Shown piece by piece: positions 37,382-46,507 of a DNA stretch of 64,000 bases. The notes below the pieces were generated by a model. The model did no database searches and was not told the DNA's origin. It was given only the letters and a program-made list of their open reading frames with translations. Numbering within the stretch: the stretch's first letter is position 1; every line of letters starts with the position of its first letter. Source of the DNA: Escherichia phage ELT1; sequence record MZ892903.1; one strand, given 5' to 3'. The position numbers were made by a program, and so were the translations under genes.

Positions 37382-37762
37382 TCAATTAGAAAATAAATTT
37401 ATCCAAGATTGTTCTTTAATTAAAAATGGCTCAGAATCATATGCCATTAAACTTTGGGTGATTAGTCCTTTAAAAGGCCCATCAATAAATTCCATGGTAA
37501 AATATGGAATTTTATTCATTAGCCGTGCATTAGGAGCAGTACACAAAACTCTGCATCCTTTGAATACGCCTTTTTGTAATTTGTATTGCTTAGGATAAAA
37601 TTCGCTCAAGACGTTGTTATTTGCCAAAATTTCAAAATGATTCACTAATTTATTTTTAATAGTTTTTGGCGAAAAATAAAGATATTCGAAAAGTTGCGTG
37701 TCTGTCATCATTGCATTCCGATTATGAAAAACTGTGGACGAGTAATACCACCAATGCAGCAT
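37382..37762 (-). CDS. hypothetical protein
   Basis: 126 aa ORF; overlaps the upstream ORF, start uncertain. Confidence 0.35.
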   Translation of the reverse strand: MLHWWYYSSTVFHNRNAMMTDTQLFEYLYFSPKTIKNKLVNHFEILANNNVLSEFYPKQYKLQKGVFKGCRVLCTAPNARLMNKIPYFTMEFIDGPFKGLITQSLMAYDSEPFLIKEQSWINLFSN

Positions 37763-38295
37763 TTACTATTGCAACAGTGGTGCACAGTTTCAATATGAAT
37801 ATCGTAAATTTTATCCATATCAGGAGATTTGACAGGCTCATCAATTATATACAAAATCCGCGAAAGCGATAAACCTCTGAACTTGCTTCCTTTATTACCG
37901 ATAAAACTGCGCACAGAATCAGTAAATAAACGAAAACGTATATCATCATTAGAATAACGCGAAAATTCCTTTTTGATGCTATTTGCAGAAATTTTAGCGT
38001 AAGCTGAAGTATTAGAAAGAACAATAACTGTTCCACCGTCATACAACCAATTAGCGGCAAAATTAGTTACTGCAGTTGATTTACCGGATTGACGTCCACC
38101 ATCTAGTCGAAGTGTGCAATACTGCTTAAGTAAGTCTTCAAATGGCGGGATATAATCGTTTTTACAAATTTCTTCTACTCTAGCATCAGAATGGTGTGTA
38201 AAAGCATTCATCAGGGATAGATAAGGACCAGTTAAAAATGTTCTCATTTTGTTCTCTCTAGGTTTGGGCCATTCCATGGCGCATGAATTGTCCAT
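37708..38295 (-). CDS. small P-loop NTPase, function unknown
   Basis: 195 aa; Walker A GGRQSGKST and Walker B ILYIIDE. Confidence 0.5.
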   Translation of the reverse strand: MDNSCAMEWPKPRENKMRTFLTGPYLSLMNAFTHHSDARVEEICKNDYIPPFEDLLKQYCTLRLDGGRQSGKSTAVTNFAANWLYDGGTVIVLSNTSAYAKISANSIKKEFSRYSNDDIRFRLFTDSVRSFIGNKGSKFRGLSLSRILYIIDEPVKSPDMDKIYDIHIETVHHCCNSKCCIGGITRPQFFIIGMQ

Positions 38296-38388
38296 TTCTG
38301 TATTTACCCATTACCGCACTTGGGCTCGACCTTATTACAGGTTGGCGGGAATCCCTCACAGAATCATGAGGTCCAGGTTGTTCCCATA

Positions 38389-38862
38389 TTATTTGAACGA
38401 TTTAACGTACTGAATAGAACCTTTACTATTCACGAAAGCGATTTTACCATTTTTATTATACATGGTAGCAGTACGCTGATAGCCATAAGTTTGCTTACCA
38501 GATTGATAACCAACTAATGCAAAATTATCTTCACCCATTTTATTCTGTTTAGCGCGAATGCGTTCATGACCATGTGCCATAAGAACCTTAGCATCACCAG
38601 TTGCAATGGATCGACGAGTTTTTTCATCTTCAACTGTATTAACAAAGTCGTCAAATGAATCAAATTTAGCATGAGATTTATTATACAGTTTTCCATCTAC
38701 TGCATAATTATATCCCTGTACATCCATCTCAACTTCTGTACCATCATCCAATACAGCAGTGATTTTCTGTCCTTTTTTAAATTTCAAAAGATCAGTAAAA
38801 GATTCAGCAATAATTTGAGAATTAATAGCTGCTTCAGTAATAAATTCTTGATATGTTTTCAT
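38389..38862 (-). CDS. internal (capsid-injected) protein, variant ip gene
   Basis: 157 aa; N-terminal capsid-targeting sequence MKTYQEFITEA with prohead-protease site ITE/A; adjacent to lysozyme e. Confidence 0.6.
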   Translation of the reverse strand: MKTYQEFITEAAINSQIIAESFTDLLKFKKGQKITAVLDDGTEVEMDVQGYNYAVDGKLYNKSHAKFDSFDDFVNTVEDEKTRRSIATGDAKVLMAHGHERIRAKQNKMGEDNFALVGYQSGKQTYGYQRTATMYNKNGKIAFVNSKGSIQYVKSFK

Positions 38863-38921
38863 GTGTTTCCTTTAAATGTAAATATTTTAATTGGTAATTG
38901 TCTATTCAAGTAACTGTGAAT

Positions 38922-38950
38922 ATACTATCACAATTCTAAGAGAAAGTAAA
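38922..38950 (-). promoter_or_regulatory. T4-type early promoter (TTTACT-N17-TAGTAT)
   Basis: Consensus upstream of the ip gene. Confidence 0.5.
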
Positions 38951-38955
38951 CAGCT

Positions 38956-39450
<495 letters not shown>

Positions 39451-39467
39451 TCATAATACCTCCTAAG

Positions 39468-39488
39468 TATTTATAGAAGGTATTTATA
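39468..39488 (-). promoter_or_regulatory. two tandem late promoter boxes (TATAAATA) upstream of e
   Basis: Minus-strand TATAAATA at 39475-39468 and 39488-39481. Confidence 0.55.
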
Positions 39489-39490
39489 AA

Positions 39491-39946
39491 TTAAAAGAGG
39501 TTGTTCATTATTCGGTAAAGTGAAGGACCCATCACATATTGCCACTGAGTACGAGGAATAAGAGCAAAAGCGTCCATCTCTGGAATCATAACACCATCTT
39601 TATTTTCAAAATAAGACTCACAATGGCAATTTCTAAACATCTCATGCTCTACTGGAATCGTATAATAAAATAACTGTAAGTCTTTATTACTAGAATATTT
39701 AAATACACCTAGGTCTTCTAGAAGGTCTGGATTATAATTGCTAAAACCGGTCTCTTCTAAGCATTCTCTTTTTGCAGCTTCCAGTGCATTCAAATCAGAA
39801 CTTTCTACACGTCCCTTTGGAATATCCCAGCGATGTGCCATCATTCCAGGCTTACGAGAACCAGTAACCCGACCCATAAATAAATCTTTATCTTCTGTCA
39901 TGAAGATAATACCAGCTGATAATGTTTTCATTTTAATTTCCTGCAT
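39491..39946 (-). CDS. nudE: Nudix hydrolase
   Basis: 151 aa; Nudix box region (RECLEETGF). Confidence 0.8.
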   Translation of the reverse strand: MQEIKMKTLSAGIIFMTEDKDLFMGRVTGSRKPGMMAHRWDIPKGRVESSDLNALEAAKRECLEETGFSNYNPDLLEDLGVFKYSSNKDLQLFYYTIPVEHEMFRNCHCESYFENKDGVMIPEMDAFALIPRTQWQYVMGPSLYRIMNNLF

Positions 39947-40119
39947 TCAGTGATAAAGTTATTTAAATTTTGAGCATATTTCTTTTCATCAAAAATCTTT
40001 TGCTGTCTGCGTAAACGCCATGGCATTTCAATGAACATACGCCATATTCCTGATAATACTGCTGCTGTAAAAATATTAACAAGTATAGTTAAAAGAACCC
40101 AATCTCCTATTCTGTCCAT
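39928..40119 (-). CDS. small membrane protein
   Basis: 63 aa, hydrophobic helix. Confidence 0.4.
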   Translation of the reverse strand: MDRIGDWVLLTILVNIFTAAVLSGIWRMFIEMPWRLRRQQKIFDEKKYAQNLNNFITECRKLK

Positions 40120-40415
40120 TGGATTTTTATAAAAAAGTAAAATACGAACGATGATATAGGAAGACTAATGATATACCACAGAATAACCTTCTTATCTGTG
40201 AACCAATCGGCATTCGTTAACTTAGCGCGACCATTTTGAATACACACGAATTTATCATCTGTTACAGTAAATGGTTTAGCTGCTTGATATCCCATTCTAA
40301 ACTCCCTAATTAATCGTTTCTTTGTATCTTCGGAACAACCATTCCAATCAACTCTATCAACTGAAATGCCATCATCCCCATCATCTAAATCATACCAGCG
40401 AGTTTTTAAAATCAT
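40107..40415 (-). CDS. membrane-anchored hypothetical protein
   Basis: 102 aa, C-terminal TM helix. Confidence 0.4.
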   Translation of the reverse strand: MILKTRWYDLDDGDDGISVDRVDWNGCSEDTKKRLIREFRMGYQAAKPFTVTDDKFVCIQNGRAKLTNADWFTDKKVILWYIISLPISSFVFYFFIKIQWTE

Positions 40416-40774
40416 TTAATTTTCCTGCAATCGCTCACAAACTCTTTCATTGATTCATTTTCAATATAAGACATGTAGCTATTATATTCTTTTAATTGTA
40501 TTTTGTAATCCTTTTTTCTTTGCCAATTTATTTTAAAATTATCATAATGAAAATATAACATAGTACCAAAGAATGAAAACAATGAAATAATTTTAGTATA
40601 ACAAAGCTCACTCCAAACTTCTGTTATATTTACTGTGTCGTCGATGTTTAAAATAAGACAGTCAATTAACAATCCAAAAATACTACCTGCAAGAGCTGCA
40701 GCCAACGCCACAGCAAAAATTAAAAATGACTCAGGACGCGAATATTTGACTTTATTTAGTTTTGGCTTTTGCAT
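40412..40774 (-). CDS. membrane protein
   Basis: 120 aa, two TM helices. Confidence 0.4.
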   Translation of the reverse strand: MQKPKLNKVKYSRPESFLIFAVALAAALAGSIFGLLIDCLILNIDDTVNITEVWSELCYTKIISLFSFFGTMLYFHYDNFKINWQRKKDYKIQLKEYNSYMSYIENESMKEFVSDCRKIK

Positions 40775-41169
40775 CGTGATTCCTTAACAAATTTCATAAT
40801 TTCATCAAATTCATACGCAGCAAGTTTAAGCTGGTGTTCCTTTTTAATCTTTTTACACTGTGCTTTCCAATCACGTACACGTTTACGATAGTGTCTTCCT
40901 TGATACCAGTATCCTATCCAATTTATAGGTACTAATAAAAGCGGAACTACAAATGGAAGAATTAATACTAACAAAAATATTACGCCAGATTCAATATCAG
41001 TCATAAAGTCTATAACCATTCCAACATTCAATAGAATTACAAATGATATAGCTGTCACAGGACCTGCTAATACGTCAGTAGGAATTAACTGGCGCTTTAG
41101 TTCATACTTTAAAGGTTTACTTGGAAGGTATAGTGATGGCTTTGACATATTCTCTACATTCCTTAACAA
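40756..41169 (-). CDS. membrane protein
   Basis: 137 aa, two or three TM helices. Confidence 0.4.
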   Translation of the reverse strand: MLRNVENMSKPSLYLPSKPLKYELKRQLIPTDVLAGPVTAISFVILLNVGMVIDFMTDIESGVIFLLVLILPFVVPLLLVPINWIGYWYQGRHYRKRVRDWKAQCKKIKKEHQLKLAAYEFDEIMKFVKESRCKSQN

Positions 41170-41731
41170 ATTTTTCTAATAATAAATCGCTTTCAAAATT
41201 GGGATTTTCCACGAATTTATCAAAAAGATCATCAACAATAGTCAAGATATTCTTTTTACTAAGAATACGCTTATTTTCATATTTTGTTTCAGAGTCAACT
41301 ATAAGAGTAAAGAAATATTTCTTTCCCTGAAATTTTACTGTAGTATCAATATAGAATAAATTTGACTTCTGTAAGTTACGTTTAAACCATGCGTCACTTA
41401 AACTATAAATGCCGAGATAATCATAATCGTCGTTTAAATAACATACTGTCCATTCAGGAGAAATGAAATCAGTAAATTCAACATCAAAATCACACGTCAA
41501 TAAATGAATTGATTCAATACTGTTAATAAGTATTCCAGGACGTATTAAAGACTTTTTACCTCTGGAAAATCTTCCAGAAAGACTTTCATTAGTTTCATAT
41601 GAAGAACCCCAATAGTAATTACGTCCTTCTGCCATGCGTTTAAGAGCATTTAGTAATTGGTCTGGAACATCAACCTGTCTTTGGAACTCTTCAAACATTG
41701 AATTGAAATCACTTTGCATTTTCATTTTCAT
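41117..41731 (-). CDS. hypothetical protein
   Basis: 204 aa ORF. Confidence 0.45.
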   Translation of the reverse strand: MKMKMQSDFNSMFEEFQRQVDVPDQLLNALKRMAEGRNYYWGSSYETNESLSGRFSRGKKSLIRPGILINSIESIHLLTCDFDVEFTDFISPEWTVCYLNDDYDYLGIYSLSDAWFKRNLQKSNLFYIDTTVKFQGKKYFFTLIVDSETKYENKRILSKKNILTIVDDLFDKFVENPNFESDLLLEKFVKECREYVKAITIPSK

Positions 41732-41751
41732 TCCTATTTACTCCAAGTAAT

Positions 41752-41767
41752 AGGGGCCGAAGCCCCT
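41752..41767 (-). terminator. UUCG-tetraloop hairpin (AGGGGC UUCG GCCCCU)
   Basis: Located just 3' of the PspA-like ORF. Confidence 0.4.
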
Positions 41768-41772
41768 TATCA

Positions 41773-42366
41773 TTATTTCAGAGAATTAATGTATTCCTGA
41801 ACATCGGCAGAGGTAGTTTCAACCCCGGAAATATTACCGTTAAAGGTTTCAACTCGAGCAAGGGTATCTTCAATATCAACCTTAGTCAGTGCTGCAATTT
41901 CAACTACATCATCGGCAGTACTAATTCCAAGGGCATTCGCTGCACGAGTTTCACGGATATATTCCAATTTAACCGCAAGTTCTTGGCGTGCATCATCCAA
42001 TTCAACTACTTTCTTAGCGATTTCAATTCGCATTTCAGCATAACCATCAGCTTTAGTAGTCAACTGCTCAGCTGTTCGACGATATAGTAAACCGAGTTTA
42101 GCGTGCATTGTTACATCTTGACCTTCAGAAAGAAGCTTGCGAATTTCACGCTCTTTTGATTCGGCCTGTCGATTCTTTTCGACAATAAGTTCACGAATAC
42201 GCTTTTCTTCATTAATAGATTTAACAGAAGCAGTTTTTAGATCTTTAATTTTATCAAGCAATTTTGCTGCTGCAGCAGTATACTGTTCTTCGACAGATAG
42301 ATTTTTAGCCATAGCAGAACCAAGTTTAGTGCGAATAAACTCAACAATTTTCTTCAGTGTGTTCAT
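41773..42366 (-). CDS. coiled-coil protein, PspA/IM30-like (tentative)
   Basis: 197 aa, almost entirely helical coiled coil with PspA-like organisation. Confidence 0.4.
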   Translation of the reverse strand: MNTLKKIVEFIRTKLGSAMAKNLSVEEQYTAAAAKLLDKIKDLKTASVKSINEEKRIRELIVEKNRQAESKEREIRKLLSEGQDVTMHAKLGLLYRRTAEQLTTKADGYAEMRIEIAKKVVELDDARQELAVKLEYIRETRAANALGISTADDVVEIAALTKVDIEDTLARVETFNGNISGVETTSADVQEYINSLK

Positions 42367-42409
42367 AGTATTTCCTTAGGTTGATTAGAAATTAAAATCT
42401 GCAGAAGAA

Positions 42410-42943
42410 TTATATCATGCTACTTAAGAGATGTAAACTATTTTTAATTTTACAAATTCGTTCAGCTTCTTCAACAGCGGCAGTGATAATGCTTTTAGCT
42501 ATAGGAGTACTAATACTAGTAGCTTTTACACTTAACACGATTTCTTTATCTTTACCAGGCCAACCCCACGATTTTTCACCATGAGTGCCTTTAATTACAG
42601 CAGACACCTCAAGTGAGCATCCATTATCACATGTTTTTACATTAACAACCCAAGTGTCACTTTTCTCAACCGGTTTATCCCAGTAAATATTAAGAATACG
42701 TGGGACATCAAATTTAGCAGGGCAAATCTTAACCGTAAGACCTTCGCTTTCTAGCCAATTAATAAGAGGGCGTTCATACATGCGGCGATGTGGGCTTTGA
42801 ACTCGACAAGCTTTGTACCCATTGCTCGCGGCTTCACTAAGCTCTTCTAATACCTGCTTTTGCATTATTGATAAGATACCATCAAAAGATTTTTCGGAAG
42901 TTTCATTCAGTTCGGTATAAAGAGACATAACAGTTTTCCTCAA
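42410..42943 (-). CDS. hypothetical protein
   Basis: 177 aa ORF. Confidence 0.45.
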   Translation of the reverse strand: MRKTVMSLYTELNETSEKSFDGILSIMQKQVLEELSEAASNGYKACRVQSPHRRMYERPLINWLESEGLTVKICPAKFDVPRILNIYWDKPVEKSDTWVVNVKTCDNGCSLEVSAVIKGTHGEKSWGWPGKDKEIVLSVKATSISTPIAKSIITAAVEEAERICKIKNSLHLLSSMI

Positions 42944-42984
42944 ATTATAGGCTCATAATATCTCAATCATGAGCCTATGTAAAC

Positions 42985-43248
42985 TTATTTCATATTATTG
43001 AAATATTCTTCTGCGATTTCATCGTTATCATGGTAAACTTTAGAAGACAGTTTAACATAACCTTCAGCAGTGAACATATTAATCACAACCTTTACAGTAT
43101 ACCACTGACCATCTTCATTACCCATTACTGCGTAAGTTTCAAACATCGGATGATCAGGACCGATAACTTTAATATCATTCACTGTACGACCAAAATCTTC
43201 TGAAACACATTTCATAAAGAAGTTGAACAGTTCGCCGTAATTATCCAT
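42985..43248 (-). CDS. hypothetical acidic protein; start trimmed past promoter read-through
   Basis: Internal ATG gives 87 aa. Confidence 0.4.
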   Translation of the reverse strand: MDNYGELFNFFMKCVSEDFGRTVNDIKVIGPDHPMFETYAVMGNEDGQWYTVKVVINMFTAEGYVKLSSKVYHDNDEIAEEYFNNMK

Positions 43249-43291
43249 TTCATTCTCCAAGTTGTTTTCTGTATCAGTAGTTGATAGTTGT

Positions 43292-43320
43292 ATAGTACCA
43301 TGGAAGGGCAAGGATGTAAA
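43292..43320 (-). promoter_or_regulatory. T4-type early promoter (TTTACA-N17-TACTAT)
   Basis: Consensus with 17-nt spacer. Confidence 0.55.
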
Positions 43321-43458
43321 CCGTTTTGTGAAAAAATTTTAAAAAGTTTTGGGGAATTCTAGGGCAGGGAGGGGAAATCAAAGGATAGGATAATATATTA
43401 TAAAGGGTAGAAACTAAATGATGCCTAGAGAGGTCCAGAAAGGCCTAGATACCAAAAA

Positions 43459-43480
43459 GCCCCAACCTTTCGGTCGGGGC
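43459..43480 (-). terminator. intrinsic terminator: GCCCCGACC GAAA GGUUGGGGC followed by UUUUU
   Basis: 9-bp stem, GAAA loop, U-run, at the 3' end of the tRNA/stable-RNA transcription unit. Confidence 0.55.
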
Positions 43481-43485
43481 TAAGC

Positions 43486-43780
43486 CTTGCGGCAACCTTG
43501 TCGGGGTTCCACCTGCTAAGGCAAGTGTTTGTACGAAACGCCGGGATTCGAACCCGGTTATTAAGTAGTTGACGCTACTCAATATTTTTAAAAGGCCATA
43601 TCTCGACCATATCCGAACGTTCCGTCAAAAACGCTACTCGGCTTACGGCAAAGATATTTCCTCGAATCGATAATTCGGTGCGCCGTTTCTGCTGTGATAG
43701 TAAAGAATCAGAACACAGTAAAACTGTGGGAGAAACTATACTCCAGGGAACATCAGTCCGACGACTTACCGGTAGCGACC
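43486..43780 (-). ncRNA. candidate small stable RNAs (T4 species 1/2-like, tRNA-like T-arm present)
   Basis: No ORF on either strand; GGGTTCGAATCCCGG T-arm-like element; lies between a CDS and a terminator in the position of T4 rnaC/rnaD. Confidence 0.3.
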
Positions 43781-43787
43781 CGGTTTC

Positions 43788-44138
43788 TTAATATTCTTTT
43801 AAAGCATCAACCTGTTCACGACGTTTACGCCATAAATCAATTGCTTCATACGCGGATTCAGCATTTCGAATTAGCCGGCATTTATGTAAAGACTTATGAT
43901 TTTGATATTGTGTAGATAACGGAATTGTATCTAAAAGGTCTTTACGATCAAAATATTCGTAACCATCTAAACCAAATGAACGATTTTTGAGAAATTGCCA
44001 ATGACCATATTCGTTTTCGACATAAACATAATCTGCATGCTGATAAAGCAAATTAATTACACGTTCAGAAATAACAGTATCATTATGATTAAAATAGAAT
44101 GTTAAATCATGAACTACTAAATAAACATTACCTTTCAT
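43788..44138 (-). CDS. hypothetical protein (tRNA.1 position)
   Basis: Start at internal ATG 44138 with GAGGA SD, avoiding overlap with tRNA-Arg. Confidence 0.45.
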   Translation of the reverse strand: MKGNVYLVVHDLTFYFNHNDTVISERVINLLYQHADYVYVENEYGHWQFLKNRSFGLDGYEYFDRKDLLDTIPLSTQYQNHKSLHKCRLIRNAESAYEAIDLWRKRREQVDALKEY

Positions 44139-44156
44139 ATTTTCCTCACTTAAAGT

Positions 44157-44232
44157 TGGTGCCTCTAGAAAGATTTGAACTCTCACCATTAACCTTAGAA
44201 CGATTATATGCTATCCATTACACTATAGAGGC
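44157..44232 (-). tRNA. tRNA-Arg (anticodon UCU), CCA encoded
   Basis: Manual fold: acceptor GCCTCTA/TAGAGGC, anticodon loop GTTCTAA, T-loop GTTCAAATC. Confidence 0.75.
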
Positions 44233-44889
44233 AATTAAATTATTTACAATATCTTCTTTATAAACTTCAGCATAATGAAGTTCATATATTTCCCATCCTA
44301 ATGATTTTATAATATCATGGCGTTCTTTATAATAAGGGGCCAAAATCTTTTTCTTAGGATTGGAGTAATGTTGGTTTCCATTAACTTCAATAATAATCTT
44401 TTTATCTATTAAAGCAATATCCGCGCAATACGCTCGGTTTTTAACCGGTTGGTATTCTTCAATAAATGAAATTCCGTTTTCTATTAATTTAGATTTCAAA
44501 AATTCACAAGGCACAGATTTAAATTTTGTATTTTTCTTCCAAGGATGTTTATCGGGGTTTTCATTCAACCATTTTTTCCGAGCATTAGATATTTTTATTC
44601 TAGATTCCTCAGAGTGTTCTCTACCTAATGAAGCGGCTGACCATTTTTGTCTAGTCTCTTCCGAAATTACTACAGGAACACCAGTCTTTTTAGATACAAC
44701 ATACTGGTTTAAATTACCTGAAGCTATACGTGCTTTATTCATTGCTGCAATGGCTGATTTAGAACTTTCTTTATACAATTCCAATTTAGGGTTGGATTTA
44801 CACCATCTAGTGTGGTTAGCCATCCATCCTTTAGGTTTATTAGAAATATCAAATTCCATATTACAATGTTTACAAATTCTCATTACCAA
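44218..44889 (-). CDS. homing-endonuclease-like protein with Zn finger, NUMOD3 motif and C-terminal DUF559/Vsr-like nuclease domain (segB position)
   Basis: 223 aa; CKHC...HTRWC; SEETRQKWSAASLGREHSEESRIKIS; C-terminal YCADIALID...IIEVNG...GWEIYELHY. Confidence 0.55.
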   Translation of the reverse strand: MVMRICKHCNMEFDISNKPKGWMANHTRWCKSNPKLELYKESSKSAIAAMNKARIASGNLNQYVVSKKTGVPVVISEETRQKWSAASLGREHSEESRIKISNARKKWLNENPDKHPWKKNTKFKSVPCEFLKSKLIENGISFIEEYQPVKNRAYCADIALIDKKIIIEVNGNQHYSNPKKKILAPYYKERHDIIKSLGWEIYELHYAEVYKEDIVNNLIASIV

Positions 44890-44957
44890 TTATCTCCTAT
44901 AAAATATAGGAGTATTTATTATTTGGATAGAGCACTTAATTTACTTCGTTTAAATTA

Positions 44958-45029
44958 CTGGCGCACTTGGACTCGAACCAAGATAAAGGAGTTAACAGCT
45001 CCCCGTAATAACCTTTATACGATGCACCA
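44958..45029 (-). tRNA. tRNA-like gene, anticodon GUU (Asn) by manual fold
   Basis: T-arm CTTGG-TTCGAGT-CCAAG, anticodon loop CTGTTAA, acceptor TGGTGCA/TGCGCCA; no encoded CCA. Confidence 0.5.
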
Positions 45030-45035
45030 TTTGTT

Positions 45036-45110
45036 TGGTGACCCTGGCTGGTTTCGATCCAGCTACCTATCAGTTATGAGCTGACAGCTCTCCCATTGAG
45101 CTACAGGGCC
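45036..45110 (-). tRNA. tRNA-Ile/Met (anticodon CAU), CCA encoded
   Basis: Acceptor GGCCCTG/CAGGGTC, D-arm TAGCTCAATGGGAGAGC, anticodon loop CTCATAA. Confidence 0.75.
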
Positions 45111-45116
45111 TTGATA

Positions 45117-45189
45117 TGCTGATTGACGGAATCGAACCGCCGACGTCCTCATTACAAGTGAGGTGCTCTACCTACTGAGCTAAATCAGC
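45117..45189 (-). tRNA. tRNA-Thr (anticodon UGU)
   Basis: Acceptor GCTGATT/AATCAGC, anticodon loop CTTGTAA, T-loop GGTTCGATTCC. Confidence 0.75.
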
Positions 45190-45196
45190 GAAATTA

Positions 45197-45283
45197 CGGA
45201 GGCGATAGGATTTGAACCTATGAGTCGCCGGAGCGACTGCCGGTTTTCAAGACCGGTGCATTAAACCACTCTGCCACGCCTCC
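45197..45283 (-). tRNA. tRNA-Ser (anticodon UGA), long variable arm
   Basis: Acceptor GGAGGCG/CGCCTCC, anticodon loop CTTGAAA, extra arm, T-loop GGTTCAAATCC. Confidence 0.75.
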
Positions 45284-45285
45284 AG

Positions 45286-45359
45286 TCTCCGTGGCAGGAT
45301 TTGAACCTACGACATTCTGCTCCCAAAGCAGACGCTCTACCAAACTGAGCTACACGGAG
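45286..45359 (-). tRNA. tRNA-Pro (anticodon UGG)
   Basis: Acceptor CTCCGTG/CACGGAG, anticodon loop TTTGGGA. Confidence 0.75.
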
Positions 45360-45369
45360 TAAATTAAAT

Positions 45370-45443
<74 letters not shown>

Positions 45444-45448
45444 AAATT

Positions 45449-45535
45449 TGGTGCGAGAAGTGGGACTCGAACCCACAAGGAAATCATTCCGCAGCATTTT
45501 AAGTGCTGTGCCTTTACCAATTTGACCATTCTCGC
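45449..45535 (-). tRNA. tRNA-Leu (anticodon UAA), long variable arm, CCA encoded
   Basis: Acceptor GCGAGAA/TTCTCGC, anticodon loop CTTAAAA, T-loop GGTTCGAGTCC. Confidence 0.75.
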
Positions 45536-45536
45536 G

Positions 45537-45609
45537 CTGGGAATAAAGGACTCGAACCTTTGCATCTAGCAGTCAAAGTGCTATGCCTTACCAACTTGGC
45601 TAATTCCCA
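45537..45609 (-). tRNA. tRNA-Gln (anticodon UUG)
   Basis: Acceptor TGGGAAT/ATTCCCA, anticodon loop CTTTGAC, T-loop GGTTCGAGTCC. Confidence 0.7.
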
Positions 45610-45695
45610 ATTATTAACAAAGGCTCTCAAGCAAGAACCCTTGATGATAGAGGGTATTAATCAGTGCGGTATGAGTTAATAATAACAAATAATTC

Positions 45696-46220
45696 TTAAA
45701 GCAAATTAAACATTTTAACAGTCGGCAAAACAATTTCTTTTTCTATATAAGAGTATTTAACACTCTCAACTACACGCAGAAAATCATAATCATAATATTC
45801 AGAAGCACTGCCTAAAATATTAATAAGTCCTTCAAGCACTTTATTACCGTTCGTAAAGAATAAGTCAAATACACGTTCTTCGTCTTCTTCGGATTTATTA
45901 CCAAGGTCAACTTCTATATCAAAGACCTTTTTAATGAATTCTGAACAAAGCTGGTCTGAGAATAGTCCTTCAACCAAGTATTCATAAATAAAAAGTGATT
46001 GCTCGCTGAACAAGCCATTACCACAATAACGTTCAGCTTTAGTACTAGAATGTCTGCTTTTAAACTTCTTTAAAAGATATTGGAATTGTAAGATTTCATA
46101 CTCTTCTACGCCAAACAATGTTTTGGTTTTATAGTTGTCACCATCATTTTCCCATGTAGTTACATCAATTACGTAACCCTGCGGAATTGTAGTACCTAAA
46201 CAAATATTCATTTTCACCAC
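45696..46220 (-). CDS. hypothetical acidic protein
   Basis: 174 aa ORF. Confidence 0.45.
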   Translation of the reverse strand: MVKMNICLGTTIPQGYVIDVTTWENDGDNYKTKTLFGVEEYEILQFQYLLKKFKSRHSSTKAERYCGNGLFSEQSLFIYEYLVEGLFSDQLCSEFIKKVFDIEVDLGNKSEEDEERVFDLFFTNGNKVLEGLINILGSASEYYDYDFLRVVESVKYSYIEKEIVLPTVKMFNLL

Positions 46221-46504
46221 GCTGCATTAATATACGTTTTCTGAATACATTCAAGACCCAAAGGATTCTTGAAAATATCATATTCAAGAGGACCTTTTTC
46301 TGTTTCAATAAAGAAATCAAAATTTACTGTATTAAATTTACGGTCTTCCTTTACTAATTTAACTTGAGAAGATGAACGGTCAATGTAAACCTTTTCAACT
46401 TCAAAACATGTTAAAACGCCATAATCATCAATCAAGGCTTTAGCCGCGTCTTGATCATATTTATATCCATTTTCAATGGATGATACTTTAGCATAAAGAA
46501 TCAT
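46214..46504 (-). CDS. hypothetical protein
   Basis: 96 aa ORF. Confidence 0.4.
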   Translation of the reverse strand: MILYAKVSSIENGYKYDQDAAKALIDDYGVLTCFEVEKVYIDRSSSQVKLVKEDRKFNTVNFDFFIETEKGPLEYDIFKNPLGLECIQKTYINAAW

Positions 46505-46507
46505 TAT

